In this document: positions 1 to 10,278 of the stretch, in pieces
Position numbering within the stretch: position 1 is the first letter of the stretch
Layout: each line of letters opens with the position of its first letter
Assembly: GCA_964451495.1 (NCBI GenBank)
Contig: CAYVHS010000001.1
Location: forward strand, 69,358-133,357
Length of the DNA: 64,000 nucleotides
Reading direction: 5' to 3'
From: an uncultured Bdellovibrionales bacterium
Lineage (GTDB): Bacteria; Patescibacteriota; Minisyncoccia; Moranbacterales; UBA1568
Notes under the pieces: generated by a model
What the model was told of the DNA's origin: nothing
The model's database searches: none
The model's input: the letters and a program-made list of their open reading frames with translations, nothing else
Translations under genes and position numbers: made by a program

Positions 1-1190
1 TAGCTGTTTGGGATGCGGATCATTTTTATCATTTTAACGATCTAGATCTCTTAAGAGCGAATAAGGAAAGATACCTGTTTTTTTGTTCACAATCAAGCGA
101 TATCTTAGACTGTCAGAAAATTCTAGGCGCTGACCCAGAACAGTGTTTTCTGATAAAACCGGCTACGTCTATTCAGGCCAAGCCAAATCATAAAAAAACA
201 AATAATATCGTATTCATAGGTACTCCATTTGGCAATGCTAGCGAAAAGGAAAAGCTCTGTAGATACAAAAATGAATATATCGAGCTGGTTAAAAAAATGA
301 TTCACAAAGAAGATAATGCGGAAAATTTAATGCGTACATATGCAAAGAAAATTCCCGAAGTAGATCAGACAATACTGGATTTCGGATCGGTATCCAATCG
401 TAATAACACCTTGGCCCATGTCGCGCCCTTAGGGCTTAGCCTATATGGCGGAGCAGGCTGGTTAGAAATCGGCTTAGATTTTTCTTTGGATATATTTAAT
501 GCATACAACCCACAGCAGGTTTATTCGGTGAGTCAGACTCAGGAAGTATATAATAGTTCAAAAATTGGCTTGAATATCAATCACACCCAGGCAAAAAGTG
601 GGTATAGCTGGCGAGTGATGGATGTTTTAGCTTCTTCTGCAGTCCTTGTGAGCAATTACTCAAAAGATTTAGCGGAGGATCTCGGCGATTTGTCCAAAGA
701 AATATTTTATAATACGCCACAAGAGGCCTATATGGTATGTTCTCGGCTGCTGCAGGATGAAAATCTTAGGAAAAGAATTGTTTCTCAATCAAATGAAATC
801 GTAAGAAAGTTTCATACTTGGGAAGTGAGAATCACTGAAATAGAGCGTGTACTCAAAGTAGGGCTGGTAAGTAGTCGGCCTATCGAAGGGGAATATATCC
901 TATTAGATGCAAAAAAATACTATACTTTTTTTGCTAAGACAATGTTTTATATGAGGCACCAAGAAGGGATCTTGGTGAATAGTATATTTTTTCTTTTGCC
1001 TTATGGTATGGTTAAAATCATAAATAATCAGGCAGAAAGACGTTTTTTGATGAATATGAAGAATATCAGGATATCTTTTTCAAACGTCTCTCTGTATGCG
1101 CTCATGGCCAGAAGCACACGTTTCATTTTACCTTATGGTGTTATATGGCTTATCCGGATGATAAAAAATTTTAAGATAAGCAAGATTTGA
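1..1190 (+). CDS. CgeB-like/GT-B glycosyltransferase (5'-truncated by window edge)
   Basis: The frame of ORF 297..1190 is open back to position 3 (AVWDADHFY...NIVFIGTPFG). The C-terminal region YNSSKIGLNINH..SWRVMDVLAS..HTWEVR is typical of the CgeB/Glyco_trans_1_2 domain. Confidence 0.7.
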   Translation, partial: AVWDADHFYHFNDLDLLRANKERYLFFCSQSSDILDCQKILGADPEQCFLIKPATSIQAKPNHKKTNNIVFIGTPFGNASEKEKLCRYKNEYIELVKKMIHKEDNAENLMRTYAKKIPEVDQTILDFGSVSNRNNTLAHVAPLGLSLYGGAGWLEIGLDFSLDIFNAYNPQQVYSVSQTQEVYNSSKIGLNINHTQAKSGYSWRVMDVLASSAVLVSNYSKDLAEDLGDLSKEIFYNTPQEAYMVCSRLLQDENLRKRIVSQSNEIVRKFHTWEVRITEIERVLKVGLVSSRPIEGEYILLDAKKYYTFFAKTMFYMRHQEGILVNSIFFLLPYGMVKIINNQAERRFLMNMKNIRISFSNVSLYALMARSTRFILPYGVIWLIRMIKNFKISKI

Positions 1191-1222
1191 GGACGTATTA
1201 TTTATTATAGCCGCTATCTATT

Positions 1223-2320
1223 ATGTTGAAGTTTCTAGATTTGCATGGGGTAAATGAGCAGTATCGCAATGAAATTGATGCTGCAATAAAACGTGTTGTC
1301 GATTCTGGTTGGTATTTGCTTGGAAAAGAGATTGAAACATTTGAAAAGGAATTTGCGGATTTTTGCGGGGTAAAATACGCAATCGGAGTGGCCAATGGCC
1401 TGGATGCTCTAGTTATTTCGCTTAAGGCATTGGATATTGGAGAGGGGGACGAGGTTATTGTTCCTTCAAATACGTATATTGCTACCGTGCTGGCGATAAC
1501 TGCCAGTAAAGCAATTCCGGTTTTTGTCGAACCCGATATCAAGACGTACAATATTGATTGCGATAAAATTGAGGCTGCTATTACTGAAAAAACTAAGGCG
1601 ATTATGCCGGTGCATCTATATGGGAGAGCCTGTGATATGACGGCTATTTTAAAAATTGCAAAAAAATATACTTTACAAGTAATAGAAGATTGCGCTCAAG
1701 CTCATGGAGCTATATATGAAGGAAGCCGAGTTGGTTCATTCGGAGATTGTAATGGCTTTTCATTTTATCCTGGAAAAAATCTGGGGGCCATGGGAGATGG
1801 CGGAATAATAACGACAAACGATGAATCAATCGCAAAAAAAGTTCGAGCAATTCGCAACTATGGATCTTTTGTAAAATACGAGCATCTATACAAGGGAATG
1901 AATTCACGTCTAGATGAGATTCAGGCGGCGATATTATCAGTCAAGCTTTCGCATTTGGACCAGGACAATGAAAAAAGACGAAACGTTGCAAAATATTATA
2001 GAGAAAACATTAATAATCCATTGATAATTTTGCCAGAGATACGTATAGATGAACAGGAATCTCACGTTTGGCATCTGTTTGTTGTGAGGACTCAAAAAAG
2101 AGATGCTTTACGTAAGTATTTATTAGATAATGATATAGAGACGGTTATTCATTATCCTACACCTCCTCATAAACAAGAAGCTTATAAGGAGTTCAGTGAT
2201 TTGGTTTTACCGATTAGCGAACAAATCCATCGTGAGGTACTTAGTCTGCCTATCTCTCCAATTATGACACAGGAAGAAATTCAAAAAGTTGTAGAAACTA
2301 TAAATAAATATGGAGAATAG
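1223..2320 (+). CDS. DegT/DnrJ/EryC1/StrS PLP-dependent sugar aminotransferase (FdtB-like)
   Basis: Motifs [41 protein letters not shown] (PLP lysine) and [10 protein letters not shown]. Confidence 0.93.
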   Translation: MLKFLDLHGVNEQYRNEIDAAIKRVVDSGWYLLGKEIETFEKEFADFCGVKYAIGVANGLDALVISLKALDIGEGDEVIVPSNTYIATVLAITASKAIPVFVEPDIKTYNIDCDKIEAAITEKTKAIMPVHLYGRACDMTAILKIAKKYTLQVIEDCAQAHGAIYEGSRVGSFGDCNGFSFYPGKNLGAMGDGGIITTNDESIAKKVRAIRNYGSFVKYEHLYKGMNSRLDEIQAAILSVKLSHLDQDNEKRRNVAKYYRENINNPLIILPEIRIDEQESHVWHLFVVRTQKRDALRKYLLDNDIETVIHYPTPPHKQEAYKEFSDLVLPISEQIHREVLSLPISPIMTQEEIQKVVETINKYGE

Positions 2321-3410
2321 AAAACAGCCACTTGTTTCCATAGTGGCAACGAGCTATAATTTTGAAAAATTTATCCCATATTTCATAGAATCTGTTTTGT
2401 CTCAGACGTATACTTGTTGGGAGCTTATTGTGACAGATGATTGTTCTACAGATCAAAGTTTCAGTCTGTTGAAGATGTATGCTAATAAGGATAAGCGTAT
2501 TAGGGTTTTCCAAAACGATAAAAATCGTCATGTATGTCATACGGTCAACTGTTCTTTGAGCAAGGCAACGGGAGATTATATTTGTGTTATGTCTTGCGAT
2601 GATGCTTTTTTTCCGGAAAAATTATCACACGATGTTGCTTTCATGGAAAAAAACCTAGACATTGGCATGCTGTATGGACAACTCGACCAGATGGACGAGA
2701 ACAATCTTTTTCGTGGAACATATGGATATATTCCACCAAAAAACTTCGATCGACACTTTTTGTTAAGAGAGATGTTTTTGTTTGGTAATAAGCTTGTATC
2801 TCCGGGGTTATTTGTAAGAAAAGATATCATAGATAAGGTTGGTTCCTTTCATCCGCTTTTGAGAATGACTCAGGATTACGAATATCACATACGGCTATTG
2901 TTTCACGCTCAGCCAGCGTATTCTGCGGAGTCGTTAACCAGATATCGCCGAATGTCTGATAATTCGAATTTAAGTAGTCTTACCGAGACAACAGCCAACA
3001 CAGAACATAATGAAACTTTTTTTCTTTTGAATAGCTATTTAAAATATATAAAGAAATATGATGTGCTCAAGCGGATTTTTCCGGAAGTGATAAAATTTGG
3101 CCCAGAGGATGATATGCTGATACCGTATTATTTAGGGAGATTAGCTCTTCAATCTGAGCAGTACCACGTCAAAGCCTTCGGTTTGCAGGCCATGTATAAT
3201 TTTATGCTCGATAAAGAAAATAGGACCTATCTTGAGGAGAGAGTAAATTTTTTACCGAAAGACTTTATGTGTCTTTCTTCTGAGAATAAAGTTTATTGCT
3301 CTTTTGGTCTTGTGGAGAATTATCCAATAGGGAAAAGGATAAGAAAATGGGCATATAGACTATCTCGATATATCAGAGAAAAAATGGGTAATATTTTCAG
3401 AATTGTATAG
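2310..3410 (+). CDS. GT2 family glycosyltransferase
   Basis: [27 protein letters not shown], a CDD metal-binding motif and QDYEY; overlaps the upstream stop. Confidence 0.9.
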   Translation: MENRKQPLVSIVATSYNFEKFIPYFIESVLSQTYTCWELIVTDDCSTDQSFSLLKMYANKDKRIRVFQNDKNRHVCHTVNCSLSKATGDYICVMSCDDAFFPEKLSHDVAFMEKNLDIGMLYGQLDQMDENNLFRGTYGYIPPKNFDRHFLLREMFLFGNKLVSPGLFVRKDIIDKVGSFHPLLRMTQDYEYHIRLLFHAQPAYSAESLTRYRRMSDNSNLSSLTETTANTEHNETFFLLNSYLKYIKKYDVLKRIFPEVIKFGPEDDMLIPYYLGRLALQSEQYHVKAFGLQAMYNFMLDKENRTYLEERVNFLPKDFMCLSSENKVYCSFGLVENYPIGKRIRKWAYRLSRYIREKMGNIFRIV

Positions 3411-3419
3411 TTCGAGTAT

Positions 3420-4571
3420 ATGTCATATCTTCAAATGAGAGCATTTCTAAAATACCTCTTTTTATTATTTATTGATCTCACGATAAAAAACCGTTTCTTT
3501 TTTTGGGGTGAATATAGACGATGGCAAGCTTTTAAGAAAAAACGAAAGTCTTCTTCCTCAAGTAATGAGAAAGAGGGTATGTCGAGGAATGTATATTATT
3601 TGGTTCCTGGTACTGGAATTTCTGGTGGAGTCGCTGTCATTTTTCAGCATGCAAACAGATTGTGTAAGAGGGGTTTTAATGTGAAGATACTTTCTTTGAA
3701 TAATGAGAATAATGATGCGTGGTTTCCTCATCAGTCTGTAGAGATAATACCCTATAAGAAAACGAAAGATATCTTGAAGTCGGGAGACATAGATATCCTT
3801 ATCGCTACGGGATATAGTACTGCTTTTACCGTTGATATGGCACGGGCGCGCCGAAAAATGTATTTTGTCCAATCAGACGAAAGTCGTTTTTTTGGTGATG
3901 ATAAAAAATTGTGCGAGGTGATACGTGAAACGTACGGGATTACTTTTGAATATATGACAGAAGCTCTTTGGATACAGAAATGGCTCAAGGAAGAATACGG
4001 GTATGATGTGTCGTATGTTCCAAATGGTATTGATGTTGATATGTTTCATCGGACTGAGCCTATAGAGCCAAGAAAGAAGAAGGCAAGAATTCTTATTGAG
4101 GGGTCGATAAACGTCCCTTTTAAAGGCATGGACGATGCTTATAATGCGATTAAAGATCTTGATGCTGAGATATGGATTGTGAGCAATAATGGGACGCCAA
4201 AAGTTGGTTGGAAATACGATCGTTATTTTGAAAGCGTTCCGATTGATGAAATGAAAAAGATATATTCTTCTTGTGATATTTTTCTCAAGATGAGTCGGAT
4301 TGAAGGATTCTTTGGTCCGCCAATGGAAGCGATGGCGTGTGGTTGCGCAGCTGTTGTTGGAAAAGTGACGGGGTATGATGAATATATTATTGATGGTGAA
4401 AATGCATTAGTGGTAGAGCAAAGAGATATTGATGGTGCGCAAAAGGCAATAAAACGATTAATGAATAATACGGTATTGCGTGAAAAATTAATTAAGAATG
4501 GTTATAAAACCGCTCAAGAATGGAGCTGGAATCGATCAATAGATCTTTTAGAAGAAGTTGTTAGTAAATGA
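3420..4571 (+). CDS. GT4 family glycosyltransferase
   Basis: SGGVAVIF, YFVQSDE, VPNGID, EGFFGPPMEAMACG. Confidence 0.9.
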   Translation: MSYLQMRAFLKYLFLLFIDLTIKNRFFFWGEYRRWQAFKKKRKSSSSSNEKEGMSRNVYYLVPGTGISGGVAVIFQHANRLCKRGFNVKILSLNNENNDAWFPHQSVEIIPYKKTKDILKSGDIDILIATGYSTAFTVDMARARRKMYFVQSDESRFFGDDKKLCEVIRETYGITFEYMTEALWIQKWLKEEYGYDVSYVPNGIDVDMFHRTEPIEPRKKKARILIEGSINVPFKGMDDAYNAIKDLDAEIWIVSNNGTPKVGWKYDRYFESVPIDEMKKIYSSCDIFLKMSRIEGFFGPPMEAMACGCAAVVGKVTGYDEYIIDGENALVVEQRDIDGAQKAIKRLMNNTVLREKLIKNGYKTAQEWSWNRSIDLLEEVVSK

Positions 4572-4595
4572 GGTGGTGTCTTTCGAAAAAATACC

Positions 4596-5612
4596 TTACA
4601 AAAGGGATTTCTGCCAGTTCCAGGCGTCGGTGAGAGCCTGTGAGAGAGGGAGTTTGGCTCGCCAGCCGAGCTCTTTTTGTATCTTGGTGGGGTCGGCATA
4701 GCAAGAAACGATGTCTCCTGGCCTCCGAGAGCCGAAAATATGGGGTACGGATACGCCGGTGGTTTGTTCAAAGGTATCTAGGAGCTCTTGCACACTCGTT
4801 CCATGTCCAGTGCCTACATTGTAGACGTTGTAGGGCAAGCGACCTTCTGTGGTGGAAAAAAGGGCATTGAGTGCTGATATATGGGCCTCAGCGAGGTCGA
4901 CGACATGGATATAGTCGCGGATACAGGTACCGTCTGGTGTCGGGTAATCGTTGCCGAAAATAGTCAGATGCTCTCGCAATTTGGCAGCGGTCTGAGTGAG
5001 ATACGGGACGAGGTTATTGGGTGTGCCGATAGGGAGTTCGCCGATATATCCGGATGAGTGTGCGCCGATAGGATTGAAATAGCGGAGAGCGATGGAGCGG
5101 AGTGACCCGTGCTTTGCAAGAGTCGTATCTCTCAGGATGTCTTCACAGATTTGTTTGGTGTTGCCATAGGGCGAGGTAGCCTGTTTGCGCAAAGCGGTTT
5201 CTGGTATCGGCAGACTATCTGGTTCGCCGTAAACGGTCGCGGAAGAAGAGAAGACAAAGGCTTTGACACCATGGCGAGTGGCCGCATCGAGAATGGCTAC
5301 GAGCGAGCCTACGTTGTTCCTATAATACGCGAGCGGCTGCTCTATCGATTCGGCGACGGATTTGAGGGCGGTAAAATGTATGATGCCATCGATAGATTCC
5401 CCACTCAAAACTGATTCGAGGAATATAGGGTCAGTACAATCACCGACATACGTCTTGGGGCGGGTAGCGAGTATCTGTTCGATGCCACCGAGTACTGATT
5501 CTTGTGAGTTGCAGAAATTATCGAGTATGATCGGCGTGTGGCCGGTTTGGGCCAGTGCGACGGCTGTGTGTGAGCCGATAAATCCAGCTCCGCCAGTGAC
5601 GAGGATGTTCAT
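4596..5612 (-). CDS. galE: UDP-glucose 4-epimerase
   Basis: Start reassigned to MNILVTGGAGFIGSH at 5612. Motifs FSSSATVYG, YGNTK (YxxxK), LRYFNPIGAH, DGTCIRDYIHVVDLA and RRPGD. Confidence 0.95.
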   Translation of the reverse strand: MNILVTGGAGFIGSHTAVALAQTGHTPIILDNFCNSQESVLGGIEQILATRPKTYVGDCTDPIFLESVLSGESIDGIIHFTALKSVAESIEQPLAYYRNNVGSLVAILDAATRHGVKAFVFSSSATVYGEPDSLPIPETALRKQATSPYGNTKQICEDILRDTTLAKHGSLRSIALRYFNPIGAHSSGYIGELPIGTPNNLVPYLTQTAAKLREHLTIFGNDYPTPDGTCIRDYIHVVDLAEAHISALNALFSTTEGRLPYNVYNVGTGHGTSVQELLDTFEQTTGVSVPHIFGSRRPGDIVSCYADPTKIQKELGWRAKLPLSQALTDAWNWQKSLL

Positions 5613-5615
5613 AGG
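5571..5615. repeat. 45-bp exact direct repeat, copy 1 (start of intact galE)
   Basis: tgagccgataaatccagctccgccagtgacgaggatgttcatagg, identical to 7487-7531. Confidence 0.95.
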
Positions 5616-5623
5616 TTTATATT

Positions 5624-7312
5624 TTAATACGTTAAGCATTTTTCTGGTAGTGTCACATCGGAACTGAGTGATTCTGTAGATTGGAATATCGCGCCTAAAG
5701 TACCGAAAGGCGTTAGTCCTTCGGGTAATGACGGGTTGTATTCCTCGATAAAAAGATGATTGAATCCTGGGGGGATATTTTTTATTTCGCCTCTTAGGTA
5801 ACATCCACGATAACCGTACTCGGAGGTGAGTACGTAGTACATTGATTTCACATGATGACTCTCGCCCGTAATGAGTACGGGGACGTTTGATGTGAAGTGA
5901 GCTTTCGCTTCGGTGGCGATGGCTCTTAACTGTCCGAGTGTTACTTTGGATTCTGTTCCAAATCGGAGATCACGGCTACTGTCTTCTGCTGAAATTTTCG
6001 ATGTTGCTAATTCATAGAGATATGTGCTGGTTGCTTTGATATTGAGCAGTATCATTACTATGCCTATTGAATATAATACAATTTTTATAAGAGTATATTT
6101 TTGGCTCAGGGGATGATTGAGGAAATATTCCGCAGCGAATCCGAGTGAGAGAAAAAGTACGGGTATAATACCGAGATAAAATCGAACCTCTGTTTCGTAC
6201 GCAACGAGTATAGTAACGATAAGAAACCCAAACAGCCATGACCCTATAAAACCGACCTTAAGCTTTTGTTTTGTGGCTGTTTCTGAGCGTAAACGATGAA
6301 ATGTTAACCAGAGGATAAGAGTAAATATTATCATGGCCATCAGCGAATAGGGTAGAGCAGTCTGACATTTTTGGTCACATTTGATTGCGAGACCTCGGGT
6401 CACGAGAGTATCAGTATTTTGTTGTCCGGTTGTGATAATCCAGGTGATGTGAGAGCCTTCCTGGTAAGCACGGAATAGCTTTTCGTAGCAAGAGTGGTTT
6501 TTGTCTTGATATTTTTCACCACTTATAGCGCTGATGAATGAATTTGTGTTGGCTCCGCCTGTCTGCCACTCATGTATGAATATTGGGAATTGCAAAAGTA
6601 TTGCGATTATAATACCGAGAAATATCTCTTTAGACCGGAGAGCTCGGGAAAACATAAGAAATATACCGAGTCCGATTCCTAGCCCGAGAATAGCAACGAG
6701 GTGCAGCTGCGCGATGATACCCATGCATATGGCCGCACCAGTCAAGTAGTATTGGCGTTGTTTTTCCTGATTTTCTAATGCGTTGAGAAAAAACCAGGCG
6801 AAGAGCGTGGTAAAAAATGGGAGTAAATTTGGATTCCAAGCGAAGCGAGAAAAAGTGACAAGAAACAGGGAAATGCTTGCAAGGGCAGTGAGCCAAAAAG
6901 AGATTGTGAGAGAGAGGAATTTTCGGAATAAAAAAAAGAAGAGAGGCAGGGTGAGAATTCCAAATATAAGATCTGGATAGGCGTAACTTTCCGGCATAGC
7001 CCCGAAAAGTTCTCCGGATATATATTGGAAATAGTAGGTGATTGGACCAAGTCGAAATTTGGTGCTCCCAGCCTCTGGGCCGAGGAGAGGCAACGAGGAG
7101 AATCCGTTCGACATAGCCTGAGTCATGATGAGTGCATCACGCGCCTGATCAGATTTAAATACAAGCCAATCACTATAGTGTACCGATCGAAATACAATGC
7201 CGATAATACAGATAATGATAAGTCCAAGAACCCATTTATTTTGGCGCCACTTTGTTGAGAGATATTTTTTAGTTACTTGAGTAAGTGTGTCAATATTCAT
7301 ATTTTTAGACAA
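5624..7312 (-). CDS. GT-C fold polytopic glycosyltransferase (ArnT/PMT-like), paralogue of 17757..19550
   Basis: N-terminal TM followed by DQARD..LPLLGP, SRFAWNPNLLPFF and many TM segments. Confidence 0.8.
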   Translation of the reverse strand: MSKNMNIDTLTQVTKKYLSTKWRQNKWVLGLIIICIIGIVFRSVHYSDWLVFKSDQARDALIMTQAMSNGFSSLPLLGPEAGSTKFRLGPITYYFQYISGELFGAMPESYAYPDLIFGILTLPLFFFLFRKFLSLTISFWLTALASISLFLVTFSRFAWNPNLLPFFTTLFAWFFLNALENQEKQRQYYLTGAAICMGIIAQLHLVAILGLGIGLGIFLMFSRALRSKEIFLGIIIAILLQFPIFIHEWQTGGANTNSFISAISGEKYQDKNHSCYEKLFRAYQEGSHITWIITTGQQNTDTLVTRGLAIKCDQKCQTALPYSLMAMIIFTLILWLTFHRLRSETATKQKLKVGFIGSWLFGFLIVTILVAYETEVRFYLGIIPVLFLSLGFAAEYFLNHPLSQKYTLIKIVLYSIGIVMILLNIKATSTYLYELATSKISAEDSSRDLRFGTESKVTLGQLRAIATEAKAHFTSNVPVLITGESHHVKSMYYVLTSEYGYRGCYLRGEIKNIPPGFNHLFIEEYNPSLPEGLTPFGTLGAIFQSTESLSSDVTLPEKCLTY

Positions 7313-7486
7313 ACGGAAAGATTTTTTAGTGGGCGAATTCTATCTTGTAGCTACAGACGAAGTTCTCGGATTTTCTGTTGATTTCCATTCCAAAATTAGG
7401 ATGAGATCGATAAAGGTATTGGTGGGCCAGATGACCCGATTGGTATAAAGGTTAGCTAGTGACGCATGGCTAGCCTGAATAGTGTA

Positions 7487-7531
7487 TGAGCCGATAAATC
7501 CAGCTCCGCCAGTGACGAGGATGTTCATAGG
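7487..7531 (-). pseudogene. galE 5' remnant (first 14 codons); copy 2 of the 45-bp repeat
   Basis: Encodes MNILVTGGAGFIGS identical to galE, then diverges into unrelated sequence (ORF 7340..7528). Confidence 0.85.
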
Positions 7532-7543
7532 ATTTCGATAGAC

Positions 7544-8281
7544 TTATTTATAACGGCCGAACAGATCATTGAAACGAATTTTGAAAAGGGCAGCCAGCAT
7601 ATTGATGGGATCACTGAGAGTGTTGACGTTGGTGTTCCGTGAATCTTTCTTGATAATGACTGGGAGAATATCTACTTTGGAGTTGTATTTTCGTGCCAAG
7701 AAAAGGAGCTCTGCGTCAAAAGCAAAACGTTTAATAGTAATTTTTTTGAAGAGTTTGATAGCTGTTTCTCGGCGGAACAGTTTGAACCCACACTGGGTAT
7801 CGGAAAATTCGAAGTTACCAAGAAGGAGGATTTGGAGTAGATGAAATCCACGTGCCATGACGACGCGATACCAGGGTGCCGGCTCTTCATAGTGTGATCC
7901 AGATACGAGCCGTGAGGCGATGACTATGTCGGCCGAATCAAGAGCCGATACGAATTTTTCCAACTCATCAATCGGTATAGTGAGATCGGCGTCAATGAAG
8001 AGGATGGGGTCATATTTCGACGCGAGGACGCCTGCTTTGACCGCTGCTCCTTTGCCTTGGTTTTGTTTGAACGGAATAAGGACAATGGGAATTTCTGGAC
8101 GAGTCATCCCTAGTTGCTCGATATTTTTTCGTGTGTCATCGGGGCTCCCGTCTGTGACGACGACTATTTCGAAACGGTCGAAACGCGTCTTGAGATATGC
8201 ATAGAGCGTTTCGATATTTACCTCTATTACTCCTGCTTCTTTGTAACAAGGAACAACGATGGAGATTTCTTTATTAGCCAT
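7544..8281 (-). CDS. GT2 polyprenyl/dolichyl-phosphate glycosyltransferase (DPG-synthase-like)
   Basis: ISIVVPCYKE, DGSPD, NQGKGAAVKAG, FIDADL, DTQCGFKLF, FAFDAELL. Confidence 0.9.
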   Translation of the reverse strand: MANKEISIVVPCYKEAGVIEVNIETLYAYLKTRFDRFEIVVVTDGSPDDTRKNIEQLGMTRPEIPIVLIPFKQNQGKGAAVKAGVLASKYDPILFIDADLTIPIDELEKFVSALDSADIVIASRLVSGSHYEEPAPWYRVVMARGFHLLQILLLGNFEFSDTQCGFKLFRRETAIKLFKKITIKRFAFDAELLFLARKYNSKVDILPVIIKKDSRNTNVNTLSDPINMLAALFKIRFNDLFGRYK

Positions 8282-8288
8282 AGGTTTT

Positions 8289-10136
8289 TTAATTCGGATA
8301 TTCTACTTTATACACACGAACGAAATTTTCGGATTTTCCGTTGATTTCGATGGCGAAATCAGGATCAGGGCGATCATAATATTTGTGGGCTATGAGACCA
8401 GATTTGGCTTCCCATCGGGGAAAACGTGACATATAGCGAGTCTTACCTCGCTTGGTGAGGACATAGTAGCTCGGTCCACGCTCGTCTTCTTTGAGAGTGT
8501 ACGCTGTCAGGCATCGGCCGATGAAGAATTCGCACGTCCCATAGTAGTCGGACCAGATAGTGATATTTTTCGCATCCGGCAGATTGTTTAGATACTTGGC
8601 TGCTTCGTAGCCGCCATATCCCCAGCCATGATCCTGGAGGGATCGAGGAGGGAGGAGAATATTGGAATAATTAGCATAATATGGCGTAGTCGAGAAAAGA
8701 CTGGCGCAGGAAATGATACCGACGAAAATGAAAATAATGAGCTTGGCATGAGGTATCTTATACGGGTGTATTTTTGATAGTATTTCTGCGAGGCCATCTG
8801 CAGCGAGATACGCGATCATCGGGAAGAGGAGGATGACGTAGCGCGATACAGCGAAGACGTTGGAAAATCCGAGGGCGGCGAGATTGAGCACGAGGAAAAA
8901 AACGATACAGAGACGAAATAATCGCGATTGTTGTGTAGTGGCGAAGAGGGCTGTGCCCGTTGCAAATAAAGTGAGAAGCCATGGAATAATCGGTATTGAG
9001 TAGAGGAGAGCGGAAAGTTCGATAGTTCCGATTTCGATGGGTGTCAGGAAGCGACCCAGGTAGTAACGTGCATTGGTGAGGTCTTTGATATCATTGGGCA
9101 CAGTAAATGGTGCCCACTCGGGGAATACAAGGCGAACAGCGACCGCTATGATACTCGAAAAAAGGAATACGAGGCCGATTACGCGAAGTGTGTTTATGGT
9201 TATGGACGTCAAAAAATCTTTTGATTTTCGGGGTATTTGAAAGAATGCCATGGTGATGAGAGAGAGAATCAGTGTGACATAGCCGACCCAGGGAAGCGTC
9301 GAGAGTGTGCCGGCAGTAAAGTACGTGATGAATCTGACCTTTGCATCGTTAGAAAGCATGATGCCTGGTATACAGAGAAGAAAGAGGGCTATAGCGCCCA
9401 AAGAGATCCCAAGAAGTGCAAGAGTTTGGTATTTTAATGTGAGTGCCGAGAAATCTTTATCGGCGAGATAGAGTATGAGGACGAGAATGGGCAAGAAAAA
9501 GAGGATGATCAGTGCGGTATATTTGGAAAGGAGTGCGAGTGCGAGCGTCAGGGTAGCAAGAAAGAAGAATCGCCATTTCCTGGTTTTGAGGAGGGCGAGG
9601 AAAGAGAACAAAGCGACCGAACCCGATGACCAGAGGAGTGCGTCAGGGTTGATAATTTGTGATATACCCACGAGGTGAGGGGAGAGAGCGGTGAAAAAAA
9701 CAGTGGCACTCGCAACGAACGACGTAGAGAAAGCACGGACTGAGAAAAAGAGCGCGATGAGAAGTATCGCATTTACGATGAGTATAGGGAGGCGAAAAGC
9801 AAGGTAGAGGGTCGCGGTTTTGTCTGGGTCGCAGTTACGGAAACGACCTTCATCATATTGGCAGGTGACCGTCGTCTGATCGAGGAAGGGCAGTGCGATA
9901 CCAGAGATGAGCGCGAGGGAGACTCCGGGCTTGTCGTTTATATAGGTCTTTTTCAGTTTCCAGTCGTTCCAAGCGCTCCAGTACTGTGGCACGCGCTCCT
10001 CGACCCAGTAGTGCTCGTCAGCCGTGATAAAGCTACTAATATGATAAAGTCCGAAAGAGAGGAATCCGAAAACGGAGAGAATGAGGAGAGCGAAATGACG
10101 GTAGCGCGAGATGAGTGTGAGAATCGGGGTAGACAT
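8289..10136 (-). CDS. GT-C fold polytopic glycosyltransferase, paralogue of 15361..17664
   Basis: First-loop ADEHYW..NDKPG, IINPDALLW, LLSKY and many TM segments. Confidence 0.8.
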   Translation of the reverse strand: MSTPILTLISRYRHFALLILSVFGFLSFGLYHISSFITADEHYWVEERVPQYWSAWNDWKLKKTYINDKPGVSLALISGIALPFLDQTTVTCQYDEGRFRNCDPDKTATLYLAFRLPILIVNAILLIALFFSVRAFSTSFVASATVFFTALSPHLVGISQIINPDALLWSSGSVALFSFLALLKTRKWRFFFLATLTLALALLSKYTALIILFFLPILVLILYLADKDFSALTLKYQTLALLGISLGAIALFLLCIPGIMLSNDAKVRFITYFTAGTLSTLPWVGYVTLILSLITMAFFQIPRKSKDFLTSITINTLRVIGLVFLFSSIIAVAVRLVFPEWAPFTVPNDIKDLTNARYYLGRFLTPIEIGTIELSALLYSIPIIPWLLTLFATGTALFATTQQSRLFRLCIVFFLVLNLAALGFSNVFAVSRYVILLFPMIAYLAADGLAEILSKIHPYKIPHAKLIIFIFVGIISCASLFSTTPYYANYSNILLPPRSLQDHGWGYGGYEAAKYLNNLPDAKNITIWSDYYGTCEFFIGRCLTAYTLKEDERGPSYYVLTKRGKTRYMSRFPRWEAKSGLIAHKYYDRPDPDFAIEINGKSENFVRVYKVEYPN

Positions 10137-10278
10137 AAGAGGAGAGGTGAGGCTCGGAATCGCTAGGGATTTATATTTACCAGTATACAGTATTCTGTTC
10201 TGAAATGGCAGATTTCGGCGCCGTTGCCTGTTTTTAGCAGATGCGATACAATTAACCTATGATATTAACTTGAAAAAT

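Noticed and set aside
5613-5804. 64-aa N-terminal extension of GalE in the ORF track
   Set aside because: It overlaps the upstream GT-C gene; the Rossmann motif begins at ATG 5612.
7340-7528. 62-aa ORF as a functional epimerase
   Set aside because: Only 14 codons match galE and the rest has no SDR motifs.
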